Made by a program: the position numbers and the translations under genes. Shown here one piece after another: positions 7,206-14,802 of a stretch of DNA of 30,518 nt (position 1 is the first letter of the stretch; each line of letters opens with the position of its first letter). This DNA is from a virus. The stretch is from IMG/VR virus record IMGVR_UViG_3300045988_043100, positions 1 to 30,518 of that record; one strand, given 5' to 3'. A model generated the notes under the pieces. The model made no database searches. It saw only the letters and a list, made by a program, of their open reading frames with translations, and was not told the DNA's origin.

Positions 7206-7233
7206 ACCCGCCGGGACATCCTGGCGGGTTTTT
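7206..7233 (+). terminator. Rho-independent terminator ending the accessory cassette: GC stem cccgccggg/ctggcggg followed by TTTTT.
   Basis: cccgccgggacatcctggcgggttttt lies directly after the stop at 7198-7200. Confidence 0.7.
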
Positions 7234-7250
7234 CAAAAGGAGGATGCGGG

Positions 7251-8351
7251 ATGAAGTGCCGAAAGTGCCATGCAGAAATCCCGGACGAAAGCAAATACTG
7301 TCTCCGCTGCGGGGCCAAGCAGGAGATCAAGCGCAGCACCAGGACCCGGGGAAACGGCCAGGGAAGCGCCATCAAACGGGGAAGCACATGGACGGCCATC
7401 TGGACGGAATCAATGTATGTTGACGAAGAGGGAGGGTTTCACCAGAAGCGCCGGTGGAAAGGCGGATTCAAAACCAAGCGGGATGCCCTGGCTTACGCTG
7501 CCGGCCCGAAGGTGGAAGAAAAGCAGTATCCCTCTTTGAAAAGCTACTGGAAGAGCTGGGAGGATTCAGACTATCAGGACCTTTCGAAGTCCAAGCAAAC
7601 GGCCTTCCGCATTGCCTGGGCAAAGATGGAGGCCATTGCAGACAAAGACATGATGAGCCTGACCATTCAAAACCTACAAAACCTTGTGGATGAAAAAGCC
7701 CCCACATATTACCCGGCCAAGGACATGAAGACCCTTCTATCCCATTTATACAAGCGTGCTGTGGCCGAAGGAAACGCCCGAACTAACCTGGCGGAGTTTA
7801 TCCGGCTGCCGCCGCTGGAAGAAAAGGAAATGCAGCCGTTTGCAGAAGTGGAGCTTAAAAAGCTGTGGGATGCTTACGGCGCCGGGGATGAGTTTGTGGG
7901 GTACATCCTCCTGATGGTGTACTCAGGCATGATGCCCGGTGAGCTGCTTCAGATGCGGGGCAATATGGTGGATTGGGAAAAGGGGGAAATCGTTGGGTGC
8001 GGCCTGAAAACGAAAAAGCGCAAAGTCACCCCCATTGTTTTCCCGGACATGATCGCACCGGTGATCCGGGACACGATCGACCGGAGGGGAAACGAAGAAG
8101 AGTTGATCGTGCCAATCAGACGGGATAAATTCTATGACGAATACCACGCCGCTTTGCAGCGGGCCGGAGTGCGTGATTTGCCGCCATACTCCTGCCGCCA
8201 TACAACGGCAACGGCGCTGGCCCTGGACAACATAGCGCCCAGCGTGATCCAGGAAGTCATGCGCCACACCAAGTTCTCGACCACACAACGGTACATCCAC
8301 CCGGACAGCTCGTCCGCCAGGGATGCGGTCAACAGCCTAAAAAAGGCTTGA
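7251..8351 (+). CDS. int: Tyrosine site-specific integrase with an N-terminal zinc ribbon (CRKC...CLRCG) and an AP2-like arm-type DNA-binding domain. The start has been trimmed to the ATG at 7251 (MKCRKCH...).
   Basis: The C-terminal catalytic region SCRHTTATALALDN...VMRHTKFSTTQRYIH supplies the R...HxxR...Y signature of phage integrases. The N-terminal GNGQGSAIKRGSTWTAIW...FHQKRRWKGGFKTKRDA resembles AP2-type arm-binding domains. AAAGGAGG RBS present. Confidence 0.85.
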   Translation: MKCRKCHAEIPDESKYCLRCGAKQEIKRSTRTRGNGQGSAIKRGSTWTAIWTESMYVDEEGGFHQKRRWKGGFKTKRDALAYAAGPKVEEKQYPSLKSYWKSWEDSDYQDLSKSKQTAFRIAWAKMEAIADKDMMSLTIQNLQNLVDEKAPTYYPAKDMKTLLSHLYKRAVAEGNARTNLAEFIRLPPLEEKEMQPFAEVELKKLWDAYGAGDEFVGYILLMVYSGMMPGELLQMRGNMVDWEKGEIVGCGLKTKKRKVTPIVFPDMIAPVIRDTIDRRGNEEELIVPIRRDKFYDEYHAALQRAGVRDLPPYSCRHTTATALALDNIAPSVIQEVMRHTKFSTTQRYIHPDSSSARDAVNSLKKA

Positions 8352-8586
8352 AAAAATACGAAAGAAATTTAGTTATAGTTAGCATTACAGTTAGCAAATG
8401 CGCCGGAAGCGTTGATTTTACAGGGCCTGTCCACCCCTGATAGATGTGGTAAACATTAGTACCTATCAGCGCAGCAAGCAGCACGCCCACCAGAATTTTA
8501 AGAAAAAAAGCGTGCCGTTTGAGGTCGGCATACATTTCAGACGCCAAAGGTTCGGTATTTTTCGGCTGTTCGTTTTTTCCACACAT
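8329..8586 (-). CDS. Possible small membrane protein (MCGKNEQ...FLKILVGVLLAALIGTNVY...). It converges on and overlaps the integrase 3' end.
   Basis: AAGGA lies 9 nt upstream of the ATG at 8586 and there is one hydrophobic helix. It overlaps the candidate attP, so it is uncertain. Confidence 0.3.
   Translation of the reverse strand: MCGKNEQPKNTEPLASEMYADLKRHAFFLKILVGVLLAALIGTNVYHIYQGWTGPVKSTLPAHLLTVMLTITKFLSYFFKPFLGC
8352..8470. other. Candidate attP region: three direct AGTTA(GCA) repeats (8371, 8377, 8389) and an imperfect inverted repeat ctgatagATGT..ACAT..ctatcag (8437-8469), immediately downstream of int.
   Basis: The repeats are seen in the sequence. Placement 3' of int is the usual attP location in temperate phages of Firmicutes. 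Confidence 0.35.
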
Positions 8587-8606
8587 AAAATCACATCCTT
8601 TGGGCA

Positions 8607-8957
8607 TCATTTTACCATGATGTCTGGCGTTGCGCAATCGATGATCTTGACATGGTTGTCGATGCGTTTCATCAACCGTTTGACGCTGCCGTTTCCGTCC
8701 CGCTTCTCATAAGCATCATACATGGTGGTGAGGTTGTCCATTTCGTCCACAGTGGCCCGTCCAGAGTTGAGCACATTCATTCCGGCTTCCCAGATCAGGC
8801 CGTGTAAAATGGCAACGATGGCATCGTCGATTTCGTCTTTCCACTGCTTTTCCTTTTTTTCCTTGGCTTTCATGGATTTCACCCAGGCAGCAATCAGTCC
8901 GACGAAAAAGACGATTTGCACCCACCAAATGCGGAGAAACTCCGCCGTTTCCCGCAT
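8607..8957 (-). CDS. Membrane-anchored hypothetical protein (N-terminal transmembrane helix plus soluble domain), located between the lysis cassette and int/att.
   Basis: N-terminal IWWVQIVFFVGLIAAWV. This position is often occupied by lysogenic-conversion or exclusion genes. Confidence 0.5.
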   Translation of the reverse strand: MRETAEFLRIWWVQIVFFVGLIAAWVKSMKAKEKKEKQWKDEIDDAIVAILHGLIWEAGMNVLNSGRATVDEMDNLTTMYDAYEKRDGNGSVKRLMKRIDNHVKIIDCATPDIMVK

Positions 8958-8961
8958 GGAA

Positions 8962-9216
8962 TCACTCCTTCGGCTTGGTGTAGTTCATGGCCTGAGCGCT
9001 GTCACTCATGCCGGATGTGGTGGGGTCGTTTACAACGCCCAGGATCACAAGCACAGCAAATACAGCATTGACCACGGCCAGCAGCTTGTTCCCCAGGTCT
9101 CCCATATCAAGGTTGATGCCAAACACCGCCGCCACCACCTGAACCAGCAGCAGGACGGCAGGGATCAGCGAAAGCCAGAAGGTTTTGTTTTTCAGTCTCA
9201 CAGTCCAGTTAATCAT
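8962..9216 (-). CDS. Holin, phage phiLC3 / phage_holin_1 family.
   Basis: The family-typical N-terminus MINWTVRLKNKTFWLSLIPAVLLLVQVVAAVFGI and two transmembrane segments. Located directly upstream of the amidase. Confidence 0.85.
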   Translation of the reverse strand: MINWTVRLKNKTFWLSLIPAVLLLVQVVAAVFGINLDMGDLGNKLLAVVNAVFAVLVILGVVNDPTTSGMSDSAQAMNYTKPKE

Positions 9217-9226
9217 TGTTTCCTCC

Positions 9227-9919
9227 TTAGTCCAGCATCCCGGCCCGGTCCATAAACACGATGGGCTGAAGATTGCAGCCGAGCACGGTGACAGAATTGT
9301 CCCCGTTCGCGCTGACGATGCCTTTTTTCACAGCTTTCTGCACGGATGCCCGCGCCCACTCCGGCATATCGTCATACCAGTGGTATGTTTTCCGTGCCCA
9401 TTCCGGATAATCCAACATGGTATCCACTCCTTCCAGTTCTTTTTTAAAGTCCTCCCACAGCTGGGGGTTTTCCACCATGGGGCGGGGGCAGTTTTTCCCG
9501 GTCACATCGTAGTGCCGCAGCACCCGGTCAATGGGAATGTCATACGCCGCCATCAGCTGCCGCACGACCGACAGGGCCGTGTCGATGGTCCCGGGGCGTA
9601 TGTTTCCCGATTTGTCCAGAAGGCACATTTCCACGCCGATGCTGTTCCCATTGCGGCAAAAGGGGTGCTTGTAGGTCTTGGCCCCGCAGTGATAGGCGGT
9701 GTCCATCTCCCGAACACTTTGCCAGACCTCTTTTTCGTCCACAAAGTAGTGGGCGGAAGTCTTGGTAGTGGCTCGGGCAAAATAGTCGGCGTTGTTTTTT
9801 GCGGTATCGCCTTTGTTGGCGGTGTAATGCACCACGATATACCGGATGGGGGCAGTGCGCCCCGCCCGGTAATTGCCGCTGCCGGCCTGCTTGAAGCCGG
9901 TGATTTTTACAGCGTCCAC
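9227..9919 (-). CDS. Endolysin: N-acetylmuramoyl-L-alanine amidase (Amidase_2/PGRP fold) with a C-terminal wall-binding region.
   Basis: Motifs IRYIVVHYTAN...AHYFVDE...AYHCG...NSIGVEMC...LRHYDVTGKNCP are typical of zinc amidase_2 endolysins. Confidence 0.85.
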   Translation of the reverse strand: MDAVKITGFKQAGSGNYRAGRTAPIRYIVVHYTANKGDTAKNNADYFARATTKTSAHYFVDEKEVWQSVREMDTAYHCGAKTYKHPFCRNGNSIGVEMCLLDKSGNIRPGTIDTALSVVRQLMAAYDIPIDRVLRHYDVTGKNCPRPMVENPQLWEDFKKELEGVDTMLDYPEWARKTYHWYDDMPEWARASVQKAVKKGIVSANGDNSVTVLGCNLQPIVFMDRAGMLD

Positions 9920-10191
9920 GGCTCACCTCTCTGAATCGCTTCGGTGGCCTGCCGGTTGAACTCTGCCATCTGGGCGCCGATCTCTGCAGCGGAGTAGTTC
10001 TCGACCTCTCCGACCCAGGTCATCCAGTTCTGCACACCCTGGGTGCTGCCCTGCACAGGCCGACCGGCCAGCACATCCTTTGCCATGGAGTACGCCATAT
10101 TTGCGCCGACGGAAATGTCGGGCGCATCATTGGCCTTGGTGATCTGGAGGATGATGTCCTTGTGCTCCAGGAAAATGTTTCTTTTGCTCAT
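9907..10191 (-). CDS. Hypothetical phage protein (94 aa).
   Basis: ORF in operon context between the lysis genes and the tail fibre. Confidence 0.45.
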   Translation of the reverse strand: MSKRNIFLEHKDIILQITKANDAPDISVGANMAYSMAKDVLAGRPVQGSTQGVQNWMTWVGEVENYSAAEIGAQMAEFNRQATEAIQRGEPWTL

Positions 10192-10233
10192 GTTCGCAAC
10201 CTTCTTTCTTTTATTTCAAGCCGTTGGGCTTGT

Positions 10234-10350
10234 TTACATATAAATTTCGCCGGTGATTTCCCGGTATTCGTCGGGTGTCAGCTTGTCCGCCGCCACCAAA
10301 GCACGCAGCCGGTCAATGCTCCACAGAACAGGATAATATTTCTGCGCCAT
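10234..10350 (-). CDS. xkdX: XkdX-family small phage protein (38 aa; MAQKYYPVLWSIDRLRALVAADKLTPDEYREITGEIYM). Not in the ORF track.
   Basis: The C-terminal ITPEEY.EITGE motif is characteristic of XkdX. ATG at 10350. Positioned as in PBSX-like lysis regions. Confidence 0.6.
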   Translation of the reverse strand: MAQKYYPVLWSIDRLRALVAADKLTPDEYREITGEIYM

Positions 10351-10361
10351 TTCAAAAGCCG

Positions 10362-10544
10362 TCACAGCAGTTTCACCCCCAGCATGATAGACAAATAGTC
10401 AATATCGGCACGAAGTTGGGCGTCCTTCTGCTCCCTGGCCTGTTTCTCCACAGTTTCAGCAGTCGGCTTGTACTTCCTCACGCCGTTCTCCTCCACCTCA
10501 ACATAACCCGGTTTTGGCGGGAGAGTAGGATTTGTGATTGCCAT
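10362..10544 (-). CDS. Small hypothetical phage protein (60 aa; possibly XkdW-like).
   Basis: ORF directly downstream of the tail fibre. Confidence 0.45.
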   Translation of the reverse strand: MAITNPTLPPKPGYVEVEENGVRKYKPTAETVEKQAREQKDAQLRADIDYLSIMLGVKLL

Positions 10545-10545
10545 A

Positions 10546-11850
10546 TTATTTCCCCCTTATATAAGCATAAGCATTTTTGATACTTATTACTGGTGTACAA
10601 GGTCTAATCAACGAATCAGCCCAAACAATTTGGTTGCTCGAAATGCCAATAAGGTTGCTTCCGGTTTGAGTAATAATAGAGTTTAAAAGGCGGGGGTTTG
10701 TGGTGGCATTTCCGAATGTTTCAAAAGTTTCACTATCAATTATAAGACTTTGGTCTATTGCTGGACTACCCAGCATGAGCAAGTTCCCCAAAGCGTATAC
10801 CATTTTGGTGTTGATAGACCCTTTGTAGGCAACTGTATCTGTATCTATGTTAGCTTGTTTTATGTCAAGACACCGATACAGTTTTGTGCTATCAATTGAA
10901 AAATAGAAAGTATACCCAGACGATTTCACTATATTATACCCAGAAAATTTGATTGAGCTTTGTTGGAAAGTAGGAGTATCAGCTCCGGGATTTCCGCAAA
11001 TATATGAGCTGCTTGTTGCGCTTCGATTGTACGCAATAACCGCTCCATCTATTGCAACCAGTACATCAAGTGCACCATATGGATTAGAGCTTGTAACCTT
11101 ATCTTGGTGCAATGATGTAAAAATGTCTATGGTCGTTTCTCCATAGGTGGTGGTTAAAACAAACAGCTTTCCACCTGCCACCACAGATGATGTGTAGCTT
11201 CTTGAGAGTTGAGTTACGCCACTAACATCCTCCCATGGACCATCAAGACTACCAGAAACAAATATAGCGCCCCCGCCATTGACCAGAAAATACTCTCCAT
11301 TAAAAAACCCAACATCTCTTAAATTGAGAACATTGTCATGTGGAACACTTGCCCAAGGGCCAGAGGGGTTTTTGGCATAGTACAGGGAGTTATTTTTCAG
11401 CTTTGCGAAGATGTATCCATTTACATATTTAACAAAATCAACTGTGTCAGAAAATGTGTACTTGTTGTTCCACACATTCGCCTTTTTTGGAGCAACTTTT
11501 GGCAAATCCGGATACTTGTTTTCGTCAAAAAATTCACCATTGCACAAAAGCCAGCTGTCTCCAAGGTCGGTTCTGGTGGAAACCTTGATATCACCAACCG
11601 CAAACACCGACTGGAACAGGTCGTCAACCGTTCCTTCTGGGCCACGGTTGTAAACGGCCATGGTTTCGTCCTGCCCAAGATTTTCTTTGTTCAGTAAAGT
11701 AGGCTGCTGCTGCCATCCAGCAGCATTAAACAGAATGTCAAGAAGCTGGTTTCCAGCTTCCGCAGCCTGTTTAAACTCTTCGTATGTTGCCGGGAGCGTG
11801 GCTTTCATTTTTCGGCTTGTTCCGTCGCCTTTGATTATTCCATCCTTCAC
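10546..11850 (-). CDS. Tail fibre / receptor-binding protein. The N-terminal part is conserved and at phage-like GC; the C-terminal roughly 250 aa are encoded by AT-rich DNA.
   Basis: Last large gene of the tail module. The N-terminus KGDGTSRKMKATLPATYEEFKQAAEAGNQLLDILFNAAGW is typical of a fibre anchor domain. There is a compositional shift at about 11300. Confidence 0.6.
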   Translation of the reverse strand: MKDGIIKGDGTSRKMKATLPATYEEFKQAAEAGNQLLDILFNAAGWQQQPTLLNKENLGQDETMAVYNRGPEGTVDDLFQSVFAVGDIKVSTRTDLGDSWLLCNGEFFDENKYPDLPKVAPKKANVWNNKYTFSDTVDFVKYVNGYIFAKLKNNSLYYAKNPSGPWASVPHDNVLNLRDVGFFNGEYFLVNGGGAIFVSGSLDGPWEDVSGVTQLSRSYTSSVVAGGKLFVLTTTYGETTIDIFTSLHQDKVTSSNPYGALDVLVAIDGAVIAYNRSATSSSYICGNPGADTPTFQQSSIKFSGYNIVKSSGYTFYFSIDSTKLYRCLDIKQANIDTDTVAYKGSINTKMVYALGNLLMLGSPAIDQSLIIDSETFETFGNATTNPRLLNSIITQTGSNLIGISSNQIVWADSLIRPCTPVISIKNAYAYIRGK

Positions 11851-12251
11851 AGGTTGTCACCTCCGCAAATTGCTTCTCCACATGGAATGAACGCAAGCTC
11901 CATCCGGTGGATTGCGTCCTCCACAGCGAGAAGGGCTTTTTCAATTTCATTTGCGCCGGAATAGGTCAGCTTGGTCATGCTGTCCGGCACGGCATGGGAC
12001 ACTTTCAGCACATCCCGGACAGTCCGCACATTGGCGAGATACTCGGCGAATTGCTCCACGCTGGGGATGCTCTTTTCTATCCAGTCGGGCATGGTGAACA
12101 GAGTAGGCACGGCGTATCCGTAGCCGGTCAGGGTGTCCCGAAGGAACGCCACGGCATCCTGTACCCGGTTCATGTCAATGTCCGTGTATGTGCCCTTTGT
12201 CGTGGCATTTGCGGCATCTGCCGCCGTTCTGTCTGTTATCAAATCAAGCAT
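11847..12251 (-). CDS. Tail/baseplate-associated hypothetical protein.
   Basis: Position between the Tal-like protein and the fibre. Coupled start and stop. Confidence 0.45.
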   Translation of the reverse strand: MLDLITDRTAADAANATTKGTYTDIDMNRVQDAVAFLRDTLTGYGYAVPTLFTMPDWIEKSIPSVEQFAEYLANVRTVRDVLKVSHAVPDSMTKLTYSGANEIEKALLAVEDAIHRMELAFIPCGEAICGGDNL

Positions 12252-12252
12252 A

Positions 12253-14412
12253 TTACCACTCCACTATAATGCACCCATCTTTGCCGGGTGTGCCGTCCGT
12301 GCCGGGGGTCGGGTTCGTTGCCGTGACAAAGTGCCAGATGCCATTCTCGCCTTTCTCCTGGTACTGGTAGCCGTCAGAGCCTTGCTTGCCGCCATCGCCG
12401 CCGCAGCCGTAGCCGGTTTTGTTTTTGCCCCCCGGGGAAGCGTATACAGCGCCGGTCTGAATGTCCATCATGCCGTTGGCGTACACCGTGCCGCTTGCGC
12501 TGGTCAGCTGCCCAAAGGTGGTAGGCTTTCCGGCTTCGCCCATACCGCCGTTATTTCCGATACTGCCGCCTTTGCCAGCTGCGCCGCCGGCGCCGCAGGA
12601 ATAGGCAAAGCCCTGCCCCGGGTTGATGTTGATTTCGGCGATAAGCACCTTACCGCCATCGCCGGGATTGCCGCCGGTGGTTTCTTCCACATCCCAGCCG
12701 GTGTCGTCGGTCATCACGCCGCCGCCGCCACCCTGACCGCCTGTGCCGCCAGAAATGAGGGTGACTTTGATTTTGGCAACGCCGTCCGGGGCGTTCCATG
12801 TGCCGCCGCCGGTGAGCAGAACACGACCAACGGTAATTGCATCGTTGGGAGACTGCACCGCCTCAGAGGACACATTCCGCATTACGCCTTGGTCGAGTTT
12901 GAGGTTTTGTTTAAACAGCCGGGCGGAAACCTGTGTTCCAAACTGGGTGTCAATGCTCATAATGTCCCCGGTTTCACTGGACGGATTTCCCCGGCTTTCT
13001 GCGGCGAACTTCTTGCCGCCGTATTCCAGCAGACAAGAAAGAACGGCTTTCCGGGCGTCCTCTTCGGTGTGGACGAAAGGATTGGAAACACTCAAAGACT
13101 GGTTGCTTTCGGTATTGGTGCCGGGGAATGTGACCTCCCCTTTGTCCAGGGTGAAGGTAATGTCGGAAACCGCTTCGTTTTCCGCCATCGTCATATGGGA
13201 CGGCATGGCGTCAACGGTGATTTCGTTTCCTTCGATGCGTTCAACTTTTCCCACTCGCAGCTTTCCGGTAGCCATGTCCTGCCGGGGCCATGTGTTGGTA
13301 GCCATACAAGCATAGCGCAGCAGATCGCCGCAGGTGGAGCCGGTGACGGCTTCTTTCGTGGCTTTGAGGGGAAGGGATGCCACATCCTCTTCCACGATGT
13401 AGCTTTGCCGGAAGTTCACGCCGATGGATGCCATGATCGCTTCCACCCAGCCGGTAAGTGTAGTGGGCAGGGAAGAAGGCACGACAAAGCGTCTGCTTGT
13501 GAGCATCCCGATGATGTCCACAAGGTTCCATTTTACCGTGAGGTCAGCCAGAGACCAGCCGCCCGACTGCTGGTGATATGTCCCGGCTGGGAGCCACTCA
13601 ATAGAGCCATCTTCCAATCTCATGCCCATTTCAAATGACACAGCCTGCCGCTCTTCAATGGATTTGAAAATGGAATTGGGGGCGTATGGGTCAAAGCGTT
13701 TGTCCTCGTTGTAAATCTCTACATCGCAGGAGGAATAGGGAAGGGAAAGTCCGGAGAAGGTGGATTCCGTGAGAATGTCGATGCTGCGGATCACATCGCC
13801 GTCCCATGTCTCCAGCAGACCAGGAAGCATACGGATGATTCTGGCGCGGCGATTGCCAATGCTCCACTTTTTCACCGTCAGGCGGATTTTTGTTGGATAG
13901 TTGGCGGTAAAGCCATCGAACACTACCCGGGATGCTGTGTTTCCGGTGAAGTCTTTGCCGGCAAGAACCATATCGCCGGACAGCACTTCCACGGTAAAGT
14001 CCTCTGGCACGCCGTTGTAAGCGTGGGCGGAGAATTGCAGAGAGACAGCCTGGACAATCTCCGTGTTGGAGATTGTTTCCTCAGCGTATGGAAAAGGTTC
14101 GGCAAACACGCCGTTGGCATCGCAGATGGTGTCGTTTTCCCACCCTCGCTGGCCGGTCAAATCGGAAGGGTCAATGGTTTCCCATGTTCCATCCAGCACC
14201 CACCGCCCATGCTCAAGGGTGACGGCCTTCTGATTGGTTTCGTCTGTGCCACGGTCGGGAAGTTGGGCTTTCTTACTTTGCGCGCTCTCGTCGCTGACGG
14301 TGACGGCATCCACAACCATGTCAGGGTCGAAAAGGTCAAACACCGCCCGGGCGTACTGCCGGCGAGACCGTCCGACAACCGCCTGGGAGTATGCGGCGCT
14401 GTGTTTAATCAT
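12253..14412 (-). CDS. Phage minor structural / tail-associated (Tal-like, prophage endopeptidase tail family) protein with a Gly-rich collagen-like C-terminus.
   Basis: 719 aa, directly after a putative Dit. C-terminal GGTGGQGGGGG...GGNPGDGG...GAGGAAGKGG...GTDGTPGKDG. Confidence 0.6.
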   Translation of the reverse strand: MIKHSAAYSQAVVGRSRRQYARAVFDLFDPDMVVDAVTVSDESAQSKKAQLPDRGTDETNQKAVTLEHGRWVLDGTWETIDPSDLTGQRGWENDTICDANGVFAEPFPYAEETISNTEIVQAVSLQFSAHAYNGVPEDFTVEVLSGDMVLAGKDFTGNTASRVVFDGFTANYPTKIRLTVKKWSIGNRRARIIRMLPGLLETWDGDVIRSIDILTESTFSGLSLPYSSCDVEIYNEDKRFDPYAPNSIFKSIEERQAVSFEMGMRLEDGSIEWLPAGTYHQQSGGWSLADLTVKWNLVDIIGMLTSRRFVVPSSLPTTLTGWVEAIMASIGVNFRQSYIVEEDVASLPLKATKEAVTGSTCGDLLRYACMATNTWPRQDMATGKLRVGKVERIEGNEITVDAMPSHMTMAENEAVSDITFTLDKGEVTFPGTNTESNQSLSVSNPFVHTEEDARKAVLSCLLEYGGKKFAAESRGNPSSETGDIMSIDTQFGTQVSARLFKQNLKLDQGVMRNVSSEAVQSPNDAITVGRVLLTGGGTWNAPDGVAKIKVTLISGGTGGQGGGGGVMTDDTGWDVEETTGGNPGDGGKVLIAEININPGQGFAYSCGAGGAAGKGGSIGNNGGMGEAGKPTTFGQLTSASGTVYANGMMDIQTGAVYASPGGKNKTGYGCGGDGGKQGSDGYQYQEKGENGIWHFVTATNPTPGTDGTPGKDGCIIVEW

Positions 14413-14791
14413 GGGGCGTTACCTCTTCAAAGTGCAGGGTAAAGCCCGACCATGTGGGCATCTGCCCATCCGTCCAGCGGGTCAATGTAGGCTGGGGCAG
14501 GACGGTCAAAGCGAAAAGTCCGCTTTGCAATTCGCTGCCGCCGGTAGAAGGAAGGAAGAAGAGCCGGTGCTTTCGTGTGACTTTCATGGCGGTTTGCAGC
14601 CGGGAGATGGTGTCGGCGTCCAACTCGTCCATGGACACCTCCACCACCCATATTTTGCCCCGCAATTCCTCCACATACAGACCGGAGATCATGCGGTCGG
14701 ACACGCCCAACTCCTGCTCATAGGCGGTGTAGGCTCCTTCCTCGGCATCTTCAATGTCGATGCCGTCAATGCTCAAAAAGAGATTTGCCAC
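14405..14791 (-). CDS. Putative distal tail protein. It is unusually short at 128 aa.
   Basis: The call is based on its position immediately after the tape measure gene. Confidence 0.35.
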   Translation of the reverse strand: MANLFLSIDGIDIEDAEEGAYTAYEQELGVSDRMISGLYVEELRGKIWVVEVSMDELDADTISRLQTAMKVTRKHRLFFLPSTGGSELQSGLFALTVLPQPTLTRWTDGQMPTWSGFTLHFEEVTPHD

Positions 14792-14802
14792 TTTCGCACC
14801 TC

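Noticed and set aside
8352-8440. A tRNA gene at the putative att site.
   Set aside because: No cloverleaf-compatible segment or conserved T-loop (GTTCGAATC-like) is recognisable in this stretch.
12133-13638. Long plus-strand ORFs (501 aa here, and also 3097..3975, 4029..4766, 9185..9934, 14785..15609, 20010..20885).
   Set aside because: They lie antisense to strongly supported minus-strand structural genes in GC-rich DNA. They have no RBS and their translations are low-complexity. They are shadow ORFs.
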